From positions 1,120,001 through 1,184,000 of the forward strand of contig CAXXJV010000001.1 of assembly GCA_963663475.2 (NCBI GenBank): a stretch of DNA of 64,000 nucleotides, read 5' to 3'. Shown piece after piece: positions 22,671 to 32,712 of this stretch. Below the pieces are notes generated by a model. That model was not told the origin of the DNA, searched no databases, and saw only the letters and a program-made list of their open reading frames with translations. Position 1 is the first letter of the stretch. Every line of letters starts with the position of its first letter. Origin of the DNA: Candidatus Cloacimonadales bacterium. Lineage in GTDB: Bacteria > Cloacimonadota > Cloacimonadia > Cloacimonadales > JAFGVF01. Position numbers and translations under genes: made by a program.

Positions 22671-25600
22671 ATGAAAAGCCTCTTAATAGCTATGATTATT
22701 TTTATGGCAATTGTACAATGTCTTGCAGTTGATGATTTTTATCATATAGCATTTAATTTTAATGAGAATACTCCTAATTATGAAACATTAGTTTCTCGTT
22801 ATGACACGGTAATGACAGTCAATACGACAATGACAGATGATGGATATTCCATCTATGATCCAGACTATTTTTCAGACAATACGTTCAGGTCAGAAAGATT
22901 TATAACTGAGCAATTAGGTATGGTCGATACTACAAATGATACTGTTTTTGTTGTTCATTTTTATCCAACTTATACAGATTCTACAGAAACCAGCAAAGTT
23001 AAAACTATTATACCTTGGAAATTTGATTTTTGCCTGGGAAAATTCGATTATGATAATGTCAATTGATCCATTATTATATGAGGAATATTTTAGCAGTTAT
23101 TTTAACAGTATAGTTGAAGCACCAAACTATATTGACCCTGAGTTTGTTATTATTGATACTGGAAGTAAAACAGGTTTATATGATTTGAATGGCAATACTG
23201 CAGTTACTAGATTATGCAGAGAAGATACTTATTCAGAAATCTATAATGAAATGGGTCACTTTTTCATCATAGGATTGTCTTTTGTAAGAAGTAATAGTTC
23301 AAATTATGATAGAAATACTCCAGCAATCTATACTGAAACAACCTTAAATATATCTTCTTGTGTCTTTGGATCAAGAAGTGATAATCAAAATTTTGGAATA
23401 AGTGTCAAGGGTTCTGCAATGGGCCATGACTATTATGCACCATTTTTTAGAGTCTCTTATTGTTCTTTTATTGAATCTTCAAACGAAGATAACTATGTGT
23501 TAGATTTTCAATGTCTTCCCACACATAGAGTTAGCCCAATTATAAATAATAATTATTCAGTAGATAATAACTTTTTTTTGCTTGCTGATGTTTCATTATT
23601 TTATCTAGTATCTGACAATCTAATTATTAGGAATGAGAACTGTAATGAATATTCTCAAGCTATTAATATTTACCAAATAAGTGCTTTATCAACAAATAAT
23701 TTTGGTCATGATATGAAGCTTGCAGGCATGCCTGGTACAATAGATGGAAACAGCATCTATAACTATACACAAGCTATTGATATAATATCAGACGGTGGCT
23801 TTTTTGATGATCTTAACAGTTACTTTGGATCAAAAATCACTAATAATATTCTCCGAGAATGTTACCAAGGTGTCAATTCAGCTTATAGAGAAATTGGTGG
23901 AAATATTTCAAGAAATATTATTGAGATAAATCCTGAGAGAAGAGCTGATAATTTTACAGAAGAAAGTTATGCTTTCAAGATTAATTTAGTTGATTCAAAT
24001 TTAGGTATAGAAAAAAGTGATTATTTTAATAATACAGTTATAAATATTTCCACAGATCAAAGTGTGAAAATCATAGTTAATAATAGCCAAGCAAACAAGC
24101 TTATCAACAATATAATATATGGATTTAGTTTTGCTAACCAAGAGGATAATAATGATCAGTTTATCAGCAATGCAATAAATCAGGATTTTGGTCTCAATAC
24201 TATTCGATTCGATATTTTATCAGACATTATTGATTATCAAGAAGCGTTTTCTTCAGAGACAGCTTTTACAGATGATTTTGAATTTAATCTATTTTGGCAA
24301 AGTGAAAATCAAAGAAAATCACCTTGTATAAATCGTGGCTATGATGATACCCATGAGTATGATGAAAATGGTAGAAAACTTCAGTGGGATGAACAAATAG
24401 TTTATTTCCCAGGTGTTCAACCCATATATGCAAATACAGGATATTATGATATTTTACTTTGCAATTATGTGGATGAACAAAGCTTTACACGTATCCCTTC
24501 AACCAGAGATAAGGATCTAACTCGTAAAGATATTGGAGCTATACCCTATATTCCAAAAAGAGATAGTCTTGAATTTACTAATCAAGATTATATCCTAGGT
24601 GGGGGAAGACATATGCTCATTGATCCTGACTTCTATGACCCCAATCGGCCATATCGATGGCTTTCTTTTCCAGCAATTGACCAACTTATCCCTAATCGAG
24701 TTGATGTCAGTTATTGCTTTGAAGAACAAGCTAATCAGAATTTGTTTATCCCTAGTCAAGATCAACAATTAATTGAAAACATTGAGTATAATTATGATAA
24801 TGAAAATCAATTCATTTTGAACAATGGTACTGAGTGGTCGTTTTTAGGTTATCAGATAACGTCTCCTCAGGGATTTAAGCTTAAATTACATGCAGATGCA
24901 GATCTTTCAAGCCCCTTATATATAGATTATGATGGTTTTGTCCCTGGGATAGCTGAGAATCCTCAAAGCGAGATAGAATTAAATCAATTTGATGAAAACA
25001 GCCAAAAATCAACAACCTTAATTGGTTATTATTTAAAGGATACTAAGAGACTGTTTGATGTAATACCCTCGGAAATATTGGATAAATTAACAGTGATTAA
25101 ATGTCAAGATTGGGCTGCTGTAAATATTGGTCATTTAAATCAAACAGCTAAATCAACCTGGTTGACTAGTATGGGGCAGACAGTAGTAAATTCAACTATA
25201 AGTTATGGAGACGCAATTGAGCTGGTGCATGAAGAAAATGAAGATATAAACTTTCACTGGAATACTTCAGGAACACCTGTAAGACCCGAGTATATTGATT
25301 TACCTAGTCATTTTGATTATGAACAAGAAGCTGGATATATGCCTATTATTTGTGAATTAGATTTAGATGAATATGATGATGGTGATAAACCTATTGAAGT
25401 TGCTATCTTTGTTGATGAGATTTGTAAAGGTGCTGAAGTAATTAAAAGTGATCAGGTTATCCTTAAAGCATACATTGTTGATGATCCATCATTAATAGGA
25501 AAGGAAGTGGTTTTTCAACTATATTTCTCTCATACTAAAGCTAAAAAAGAGCTTGATAATTATCTGGTAATGGATTTTGCTAAAAAAGTATTTATATCAA

Positions 25601-25959
25601 GGCCTCTCACAATCAATCCTCAAAAAAGTTATGAATTTGTAACTTTCAAAGATATAGAATATAATAATAATATACCCCAAGTAGATTGCTTACTTGGTAA
25701 TTATCCAAATCCTTTTAACCCTGAGACAACAATCAACTTTTTCATAACAGAGAAAACCACAGGGTCTTTGAAAATATTTAATTTAAGAGGACAACTGGTA
25801 AATACAGTAATCAATAAAGAAGCATTTTCTAAAGGATATCACAAAGTAACTTGGAATGGGAAAGATAGCTCTCAACATAGGGTAACATCAGGTATCTATT
25901 TTTACAAATTAGAAACCGAGCATACTTATGATGTTGGGAAAATGATTTTACTCAAATAA
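22671..25959 (+). pseudogene. Large secreted beta-helix-like protein with FlgD-Ig/T9SS-type CTD, split by a +1 frameshift near 23060
   Basis: Signal peptide is in ORF 22671-23066; body and CTD (NYPNPFNPETTI...SGIYFYK...KMILLK) are in the overlapping +1 frame. Confidence 0.7.
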
Positions 25960-25997
25960 AATAAGGGTGCTAATAAGCACCCTTTCAAGGAAAATAA

Positions 25998-28412
25998 ATG
26001 AAAAAAATATTAATAATTTCATTACTTTTTTTGTTATTGAACTGCCTGAATTCACTAACAAGAGTAATTGGCTTATCTGGTAATGAAGAATATTCATCAA
26101 TCCAAGTAGCTATAGATGACTCTGCTCCAGGTGATACCTTGTTGGTCTTACCCGGCAGGTACTTTGAAAGTCTGTCGATAGAAACTGATAATCTGACTTT
26201 GCAAAGCAATTATGCTTTAACAAATAATAGAGAAGATATTGATAACACTATTATTGATGGGAATGCAGTAAGTAATTGTCTTGATATTGAGGCAAATAAC
26301 ACAGTGATAAATGGCTTAACATTTACTAATGCTTTTAGTCTAGCTTCAATTAGAATATTGACTCAAGCAGGAGCTTGTAATATACTAAATAACGTTGTTA
26401 AGAATAATGAATCAACAGGGTTATATTGTGGTTATAGTAATACTATGTTTTTATCTGGTAATATTATCAAAAATAACTATGGCGGGGATCATTCTGGTAT
26501 GGGTTTGTTTGTTGCAGGTAGTTATAGTTACTCTCCCACTACAGTAGAATTTGATCAAGTCAATCTAAATAGTATCTTTAATAATTATGGAAATGTTCAA
26601 GATATTTATTTTAAAGATGTTTTGTGTGATGCCATATATTTAGATACTATTAGTGTTGCTTTAGACTATCCTGATAACTTCTTTATTTTTTGTTCTGTAG
26701 GAGAGTTGACTACTGCTGAAATACCTTATCCTCAAATTTTCTACCAAAACACTTATTTAGAACAGATTGATGCAGATCTTTATGTTTCGCCAGATGGTAA
26801 TGATAGTAATAGTGGCTTATCTATGGATGAGCCTTTTAGAACAATTCAATATGCTACAAAAATGATAAAATCTAATCCTCAACAAAGAAACAGTGTTTAT
26901 CTTCTACCTGGAACCTATAGCAAGTTACTAAATGAGCAGATATTCCCTATCTCCTTGCCGGCACATACCAGGCTGTTAGGATTAGGAGAGTCTCCCGAAG
27001 CTGTAATTATAGGAGATGAACCAGATAATGTCAATATTGCCATGATAGCAACTCAAACAGAGGCAGGTAACTTTACGGTTAGATCTAATACAAATAGTTA
27101 TTTTTCTGCTATCGGCATCTATGGTAAAAAAAGAGATTTTGAGGAGGAAGAATACTATTTGCATGATGTGATTTTGGAAAATTGTTCTCCTGATGGACAG
27201 TCTCTCTCAGTTCAATTAGTTAAAAATGCTACCATCGAAAATATCTTGATAAGAGATGTAACAGTTACTGATCACCATGATGCAGGATATGTCTTTGGTT
27301 GTTATCAAGCAGAGGTTAACTTAAACAATATAGAAATAACTAATATTAATAGTTATATAGATGATTTGGTTTTAGTAATGAACTTCGGATTGTCTAGTGT
27401 AAATGCTAATAATCTAATTTTCCATAATAATTATTCTAATACAGGTTATTTAATGCAGTTCACTAATTATGAAGGTATTAATCATACAGACAATCAAGCA
27501 AATTTCTCAAATGTTTTAGCCTATAGAAACTACTTTTCGGCTAATATTGCGATTATGTGGCTTAGCAATGTTTACCAACCCATTAATTTGAGTAACTTTA
27601 CTCTTGCCCATAATACCTCCAGTAACTATGCCTTAGGGGCAAGGGGAGATATAAAAATTAGAAATAGTATCTTTTATAATCATAATAATCCTAGAGAGAT
27701 TACTTTGGGTAATAATCCTGACATTTCTGGTCCCACAATATTGGATATAGATTATTCTTTAATTCAAGGAGGGATAGAAGGAATAGGTAATGCAACGACA
27801 GGGGATAATTCTTTAATCTACGGAGAGAATAATTTGGATACTGATCCTCTTTTTAGAGGAGATTTAGATGCTTCTTTAGAGTTAGAAGATTACCGAAGGG
27901 TTCAATTGACTGAAAATTCACCCTGTATTGACAGTGGAACAACTCAAGATTTGGAAACAAATATCACAGACTATGATATTGCCGGCAATCCACGAATCTG
28001 GGGTGATGGTATTGATATGGGAGCTTATGAGTATAATCCAAGTGTTGGAAATAATAACGATGAAGTTACTGAAACAGCAAGCGATATTATTGTTAATCAA
28101 TATCCTAATCCTGTTAATCTGACTCGAACTAATTGTGCTTATCTAGATTTTTTGCTTCCCCTAGAGAGAAAAGGAAAAGTTAAAATAGCAATTTATAATT
28201 TGAAAGGACAGAAAGTCAGAGATTTAGATGTTAGTAGAAGCATCTTTGATATTACCGCATCAAGGAAGGAAAGTAATGCTGGACAAAGGTACTCAAAAGT
28301 ATGGAATTTAAGAAATAATGATAATCAAAAAGTAGTTTCAGGTCTGTATTTATATAAGATTAGGATTGATGATGATGATTTGTATGTTGGAAAAATGATT
28401 TTACTCAAATAA
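25998..28412 (+). CDS. Secreted parallel beta-helix (DUF1565-like) protein with T9SS-type CTD, copy A
   Basis: SIQVAID, LYVSPDGNDSNSG...PFRTIQYA, SPCIDSG, IDMGAYE; QYPNP...KMILLK. Confidence 0.9.
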   Translation: MKKILIISLLFLLLNCLNSLTRVIGLSGNEEYSSIQVAIDDSAPGDTLLVLPGRYFESLSIETDNLTLQSNYALTNNREDIDNTIIDGNAVSNCLDIEANNTVINGLTFTNAFSLASIRILTQAGACNILNNVVKNNESTGLYCGYSNTMFLSGNIIKNNYGGDHSGMGLFVAGSYSYSPTTVEFDQVNLNSIFNNYGNVQDIYFKDVLCDAIYLDTISVALDYPDNFFIFCSVGELTTAEIPYPQIFYQNTYLEQIDADLYVSPDGNDSNSGLSMDEPFRTIQYATKMIKSNPQQRNSVYLLPGTYSKLLNEQIFPISLPAHTRLLGLGESPEAVIIGDEPDNVNIAMIATQTEAGNFTVRSNTNSYFSAIGIYGKKRDFEEEEYYLHDVILENCSPDGQSLSVQLVKNATIENILIRDVTVTDHHDAGYVFGCYQAEVNLNNIEITNINSYIDDLVLVMNFGLSSVNANNLIFHNNYSNTGYLMQFTNYEGINHTDNQANFSNVLAYRNYFSANIAIMWLSNVYQPINLSNFTLAHNTSSNYALGARGDIKIRNSIFYNHNNPREITLGNNPDISGPTILDIDYSLIQGGIEGIGNATTGDNSLIYGENNLDTDPLFRGDLDASLELEDYRRVQLTENSPCIDSGTTQDLETNITDYDIAGNPRIWGDGIDMGAYEYNPSVGNNNDEVTETASDIIVNQYPNPVNLTRTNCAYLDFLLPLERKGKVKIAIYNLKGQKVRDLDVSRSIFDITASRKESNAGQRYSKVWNLRNNDNQKVVSGLYLYKIRIDDDDLYVGKMILLK

Positions 28413-28450
28413 AATAAGGGTGCTAATAAGCACCCTTTCAAGGAGAATAA

Positions 28451-30859
28451 ATGAAAAGGATATTAATAATTTCATTACTTTTTTTGTTATTGAACTGCCT
28501 GAATTCACTAACAAGAGTAATTGGCTTATCTGGTAACGAAGAGTACTCCTTAATACAAGATGCTATAGATGACTCTGCTCCAGGTGATACCTTGTTGGTC
28601 TTACCCGGCAGGTACTTTGAAAGTCTGTCGATAGAAACTGATAATCTGACTTTGCAAAGCAATTATGCTTTAACAAATAATAGAGAAGATATTGATAACA
28701 CTATTATTGATGGGAATGCAGTAAGTAATTGTCTTGATATTGAGGCAAATAACACAGTGATAAATGGCTTAACATTTACTAATGCTTTTGAGTGGCCTGC
28801 TGTTAGATTATATTATGATATTGGGAATGTTACTATTCTCAATAATGTAATAAAAAATAATTGTGCTACTGGACTTGCTGGCTCATGGGGCTCTACTATA
28901 TTTCTAGCTGGCAATGTGATAAAGAATAATCAAGGCAGTTTCTTAGGAACAGGAATGATGATTATTGGTAATTCTAATCATAATCCAGCTACAGTAGAAT
29001 TTGATCAAGTCAATCTAAATAGTATCTTTAATAATTATGGAAATGTTCAAGATATTTATTTTAAAGATGTTTTGTGTGATGCCATATATTTAGATACTAT
29101 TAGTGTTGCTTTAGATTATCCTGATAACTACTTTATTTTTTGTTCTGTAGGAGAGTTGACTACTGAAGAGATTCCTTATCCTCAAATTTTCTACCAAAAC
29201 ACTTATTTAGAACAGATTGATGCAGATCTTTATGTTTCGCCAGATGGTAATGATAGTAATAGTGGCTTATCTATGGATGAGCCTTTTAGAACAATTCAAT
29301 ATGCAACGAAAATGATAAAATCAAATCCTCAACAAAATAACAGTGTTTATCTTCTACCTGGAACCTATAGCAAGTTATTAAATGAGCAAATATTTCCTAT
29401 CTCAATGCCGGCAAATACCAGGCTGTTAGGATTAGGAGAGACTCCCCAAGCTGTAATTCTCGGAGATGAACCTGATAATGTAAATGTTGCAATGATAGCA
29501 ACTCAAACAGAGGCAGGTAACTTTACGGTTAGATCTAATACACATAGTTATTCTTCTGCTGTAAGTATCTATGGTAAAAAAAGAGATTTTGAGGAGGAAG
29601 AATACTATTTGCATGATGTGATTTTGGAAAATTGTTCTCCTGATGGACAATCTCTCTCAGTTCAATTAGTTAAAAATGCAACCATAGAGAATATCTTGAT
29701 AAGAGATGTAACAGTTACTGATCATCATGATGCAGGTTATGTCTTTGGTTGTTACCAAGCAGAGGTTAACCTAAATAATATAGAAATAACTAATATTAAT
29801 AGTTATATAGATGATTTGGTTTTAGTAATGAACTTCGGATTGTCTAGTGTAAATGCTAATAATCTAATTTTCCATAATAATTATTCTAATACAGGTTATT
29901 TAATGCAGTTCACTAATTATGAAGGTATTAATCATACAGACAATCAAGCAAATTTCTCAAATGTTTTAGCCTATAGAAACTACTTTTCGGCTAATATTGC
30001 GATTATGTGGCTTAGCAATGTTTACCAACCCATTAATTTGAGTAATTTCACTCTTGCCCATAATACCTCCAGTAACTATGCCTTAGGGGTAAGGGGAGAT
30101 ATAAAAATTAGAAATAGTATCTTTTATAATCATAATAATCCTAGAGAGATTACTTTGGGTAGATATCCCGAAGCTGGTCCCACAGAATTGGATATAGATT
30201 ATTCTTTAATTCAAGGAGGGATAGAAGGAATAGGTAATGCAACAACAGGAGATAACTTTTTAATTTATGGAGATAATAATCTAAATACTGACCCCCTCTT
30301 TAGAGGAGATTTAGATGCTTCTTTGGAGTTAGAAGATTACCGAAGGGTTCAATTGACTGAAAATTCACCCTGTATTGACAGTGGAACAACTCAAGATTTG
30401 GAAACAAATATTGCAGACTACGATATTGCGGGTAATCCACGAATCTGGGGTGATGGTATTGATATGGGAGCTTATGAGTATAATCCAAGTGTTGGAAATA
30501 ATAACGATGAGGTTTCTGAAACAGCAAGCGATATTATTGTTAATCAATATCCTAATCCTATAAATTTGACTCAAACTAATTGTGCTTATATAGATTTTTT
30601 GCTTCCCCTAGAGAGAAAAGGAAAAGTTAAAATAGCAATTTATAATTTGAAAGGACAGAAAGTTAGAGACTTAGATGTTAGTAGAAGCATCTTTGATATT
30701 ACCGGATCAGGGAAGGAAAGTAATGTTGGACAAAGGTACTCAAAAGTATGGAATTTAAGAAATAATGATAATCAAAAAGTAGTTTCAGGTCTGTATCTAT
30801 ATAAGATTAGGATTGATGATGATGATTTGTATGTTGGAAAAATGATTTTACTCAAATAA
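28451..30859 (+). CDS. Tandem paralogue, copy B
   Basis: Near-identical to 25998-28412 apart from discrete variable blocks. Confidence 0.9.
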   Translation: MKRILIISLLFLLLNCLNSLTRVIGLSGNEEYSLIQDAIDDSAPGDTLLVLPGRYFESLSIETDNLTLQSNYALTNNREDIDNTIIDGNAVSNCLDIEANNTVINGLTFTNAFEWPAVRLYYDIGNVTILNNVIKNNCATGLAGSWGSTIFLAGNVIKNNQGSFLGTGMMIIGNSNHNPATVEFDQVNLNSIFNNYGNVQDIYFKDVLCDAIYLDTISVALDYPDNYFIFCSVGELTTEEIPYPQIFYQNTYLEQIDADLYVSPDGNDSNSGLSMDEPFRTIQYATKMIKSNPQQNNSVYLLPGTYSKLLNEQIFPISMPANTRLLGLGETPQAVILGDEPDNVNVAMIATQTEAGNFTVRSNTHSYSSAVSIYGKKRDFEEEEYYLHDVILENCSPDGQSLSVQLVKNATIENILIRDVTVTDHHDAGYVFGCYQAEVNLNNIEITNINSYIDDLVLVMNFGLSSVNANNLIFHNNYSNTGYLMQFTNYEGINHTDNQANFSNVLAYRNYFSANIAIMWLSNVYQPINLSNFTLAHNTSSNYALGVRGDIKIRNSIFYNHNNPREITLGRYPEAGPTELDIDYSLIQGGIEGIGNATTGDNFLIYGDNNLNTDPLFRGDLDASLELEDYRRVQLTENSPCIDSGTTQDLETNIADYDIAGNPRIWGDGIDMGAYEYNPSVGNNNDEVSETASDIIVNQYPNPINLTQTNCAYIDFLLPLERKGKVKIAIYNLKGQKVRDLDVSRSIFDITGSGKESNVGQRYSKVWNLRNNDNQKVVSGLYLYKIRIDDDDLYVGKMILLK

Positions 30860-30930
30860 CTCCCTAATTTAAGCCTCATTAAAAAAATAATTACCTTTCA
30901 TCTGAGTACTGGCCAATCTAGTTTTAGGTG

Positions 30931-31017
30931 TATCCATCCTTTTCCCTTCCTTTACAGTCTTTCGATGAAAGTCCGCCTTTCATCGAAAGACTGTAAAGGA
31001 AGGGAAAAGGATGGATA
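30931..31017. repeat. Perfect 41-bp inverted repeat with 5-nt loop
   Basis: 30931-30971 is the exact reverse complement of 30977-31017. Confidence 0.95.
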
Positions 31018-31048
31018 AGGGGAAAATAGTGAGATTTCACAAGATAAA

Positions 31049-31129
31049 ACCCAATAATGCTCTATATCTTTGAGAATAGCGCAAAAGAAAATGCACTCTT
31101 CTCTAAAGCTCTATTGCACCATTTGGGAT
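31049..31129. repeat. MITE family A, internally deleted
   Basis: Both arms retained, centre missing. Confidence 0.75.
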
Positions 31130-31255
31130 AAATGAAAATTAATCTGATAATAATAGCTAGATAATGAACAGTCTTATAGGCTGGTAAGCAAAGAAAAAAG
31201 AATTTTATTGACGATTGAATTATTATTATAAAATATGTTATTAAGGAATATTATA

Positions 31256-31702
31256 ATGTACACAGATAAAAATTTAATCTATAGAAATCTAAGTTATAGT
31301 AGTAAGCGAGAGCTTTTAGAAGAGTTATGTGGTAATTTAGAAAATGCAGGGATTGTGTCTTCTGCATCAGAATTTTTCCAAGCAATTTGGCAAAGAGAGG
31401 AGAATTTCTCTACTGGGATTGGGAGGAATGTTGCAATTCCACATGGTAAGAGTGAAGGTGTAAAAGAGACCAAGTTAATCTTGGCTTTACTACCTGATGG
31501 TATAGAATATGATTCTCTTGATGGCCTTCCAGTAAAAATAGTTTTTATGTTTGCGGTGCCAAGGGGAAGAGATAAAGAATATATGGCCTTACTAGCTAAG
31601 GTAACAAAATTTGTTAGAGATGAATCTAATCGCAATAAGCTTTTAGATGCTATTGATGAAGAAGAAATTTTAGACCAGATAAGAGAAGTGATCAATGAAT
31701 AA
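31256..31702 (+). CDS. PTS EIIA component (Ntr/fructose type)
   Basis: REENFSTGIGRNVAIPHG motif; likely ATG at 31256. Confidence 0.9.
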   Translation: MYTDKNLIYRNLSYSSKRELLEELCGNLENAGIVSSASEFFQAIWQREENFSTGIGRNVAIPHGKSEGVKETKLILALLPDGIEYDSLDGLPVKIVFMFAVPRGRDKEYMALLAKVTKFVRDESNRNKLLDAIDEEEILDQIREVINE

Positions 31703-32675
31703 GAATTTAATTCTAATAGTGGGTTTGATACTAGTAGTTTTGCCTATATGGGCAATAGGTGATGATGCGGGGACAAGTGGCTTTAATAGTTTGAAGATTA
31801 TCTATTCAGCTAGGGCAAACGCTATGGCAGGGGCATTTACTTCCCGAGATGATGACATTGATGTAATCTTTTTTAATCCAGCTAATTTGGGAGGATATGA
31901 AGTAAAAAGGGAGGTCACTTCCACCTATATGAACTATTTTGATGGTTATAATGGTGGGGCTCTTGCTTACCAGTATCAGAGAAGCAACAAAGCCAATGTA
32001 GCCTTTTTTGGTCAATTTTTAGCTAGTGATGATATTACTAGGACAATTGAGGGCGCTAATGGTGGTTATATTGAATCAGGTACTTTTAGTAATTCTGACT
32101 TAATTGCAGGAGCTACTTACTCATATTATTTCAATGAACAGTTAAATATTGGTATCACAAGCAAGTTTATCCAAGAAACAATTGATGATAAATCCGCTTC
32201 AGCCTTAGCTTTTGATCTTGGTATATTGCATAGACCAGTAAATGAAAAAATCAGAGTTGGAGCTGTAATCCGTAATTTAGGAACACAGATGACTTATTTT
32301 ACTGATTCTGAATATAGTGAAGGTCTTCCTCTAGTTTATGCTGGAGGTATATCATATAAAACAGATTTACAATCTCGCAATAATGAAGCAGAATTTATTC
32401 CTACTATGTTAATTGCTTTAGATTTATCGATTGCTAAAGGTAGTGATTTAGTTGGTTCTATTGGAAGTGAATTTCAAGTACATGACCAGTTCTTTTTACG
32501 AGCAGGTTATAAAACAAACTCTGGTGATTATAAAAATGGTGGAGATAGTGAAATATTCTCAGGTTTTTCCACTGGGGTAGGCTTTGTTAGAAACAAGTTG
32601 AAGATTGATTATGCTCTGAACTCTTATGGAGATCTGGGCTTTATTAATCAAGTAACTTTAAAATATCAATTTTAG
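31695..32675 (+). CDS. porV: PorV/PorQ-family outer-membrane barrel
   Basis: ARANAMAGA, FFNPANL, FDLG, RNLG, LRAGY, IDYA; terminal Phe. Confidence 0.8.
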   Translation: MNKNLILIVGLILVVLPIWAIGDDAGTSGFNSLKIIYSARANAMAGAFTSRDDDIDVIFFNPANLGGYEVKREVTSTYMNYFDGYNGGALAYQYQRSNKANVAFFGQFLASDDITRTIEGANGGYIESGTFSNSDLIAGATYSYYFNEQLNIGITSKFIQETIDDKSASALAFDLGILHRPVNEKIRVGAVIRNLGTQMTYFTDSEYSEGLPLVYAGGISYKTDLQSRNNEAEFIPTMLIALDLSIAKGSDLVGSIGSEFQVHDQFFLRAGYKTNSGDYKNGGDSEIFSGFSTGVGFVRNKLKIDYALNSYGDLGFINQVTLKYQF

Positions 32676-32712
32676 ATAAATAGATTAAGTTTTAAAATTC
32701 GGAGAAAAGTTA

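Noticed and set aside
23036-23042. G_GGA_AAA programmed -1 frameshift site
   Set aside because: The downstream ORF is in the +1 frame, so a -1 slip would not join them
25998-30859. Diversity-generating retroelement TR/VR pair
   Set aside because: Differences involve all four bases and indels rather than adenines only, both copies are full genes, and no reverse transcriptase is in the window
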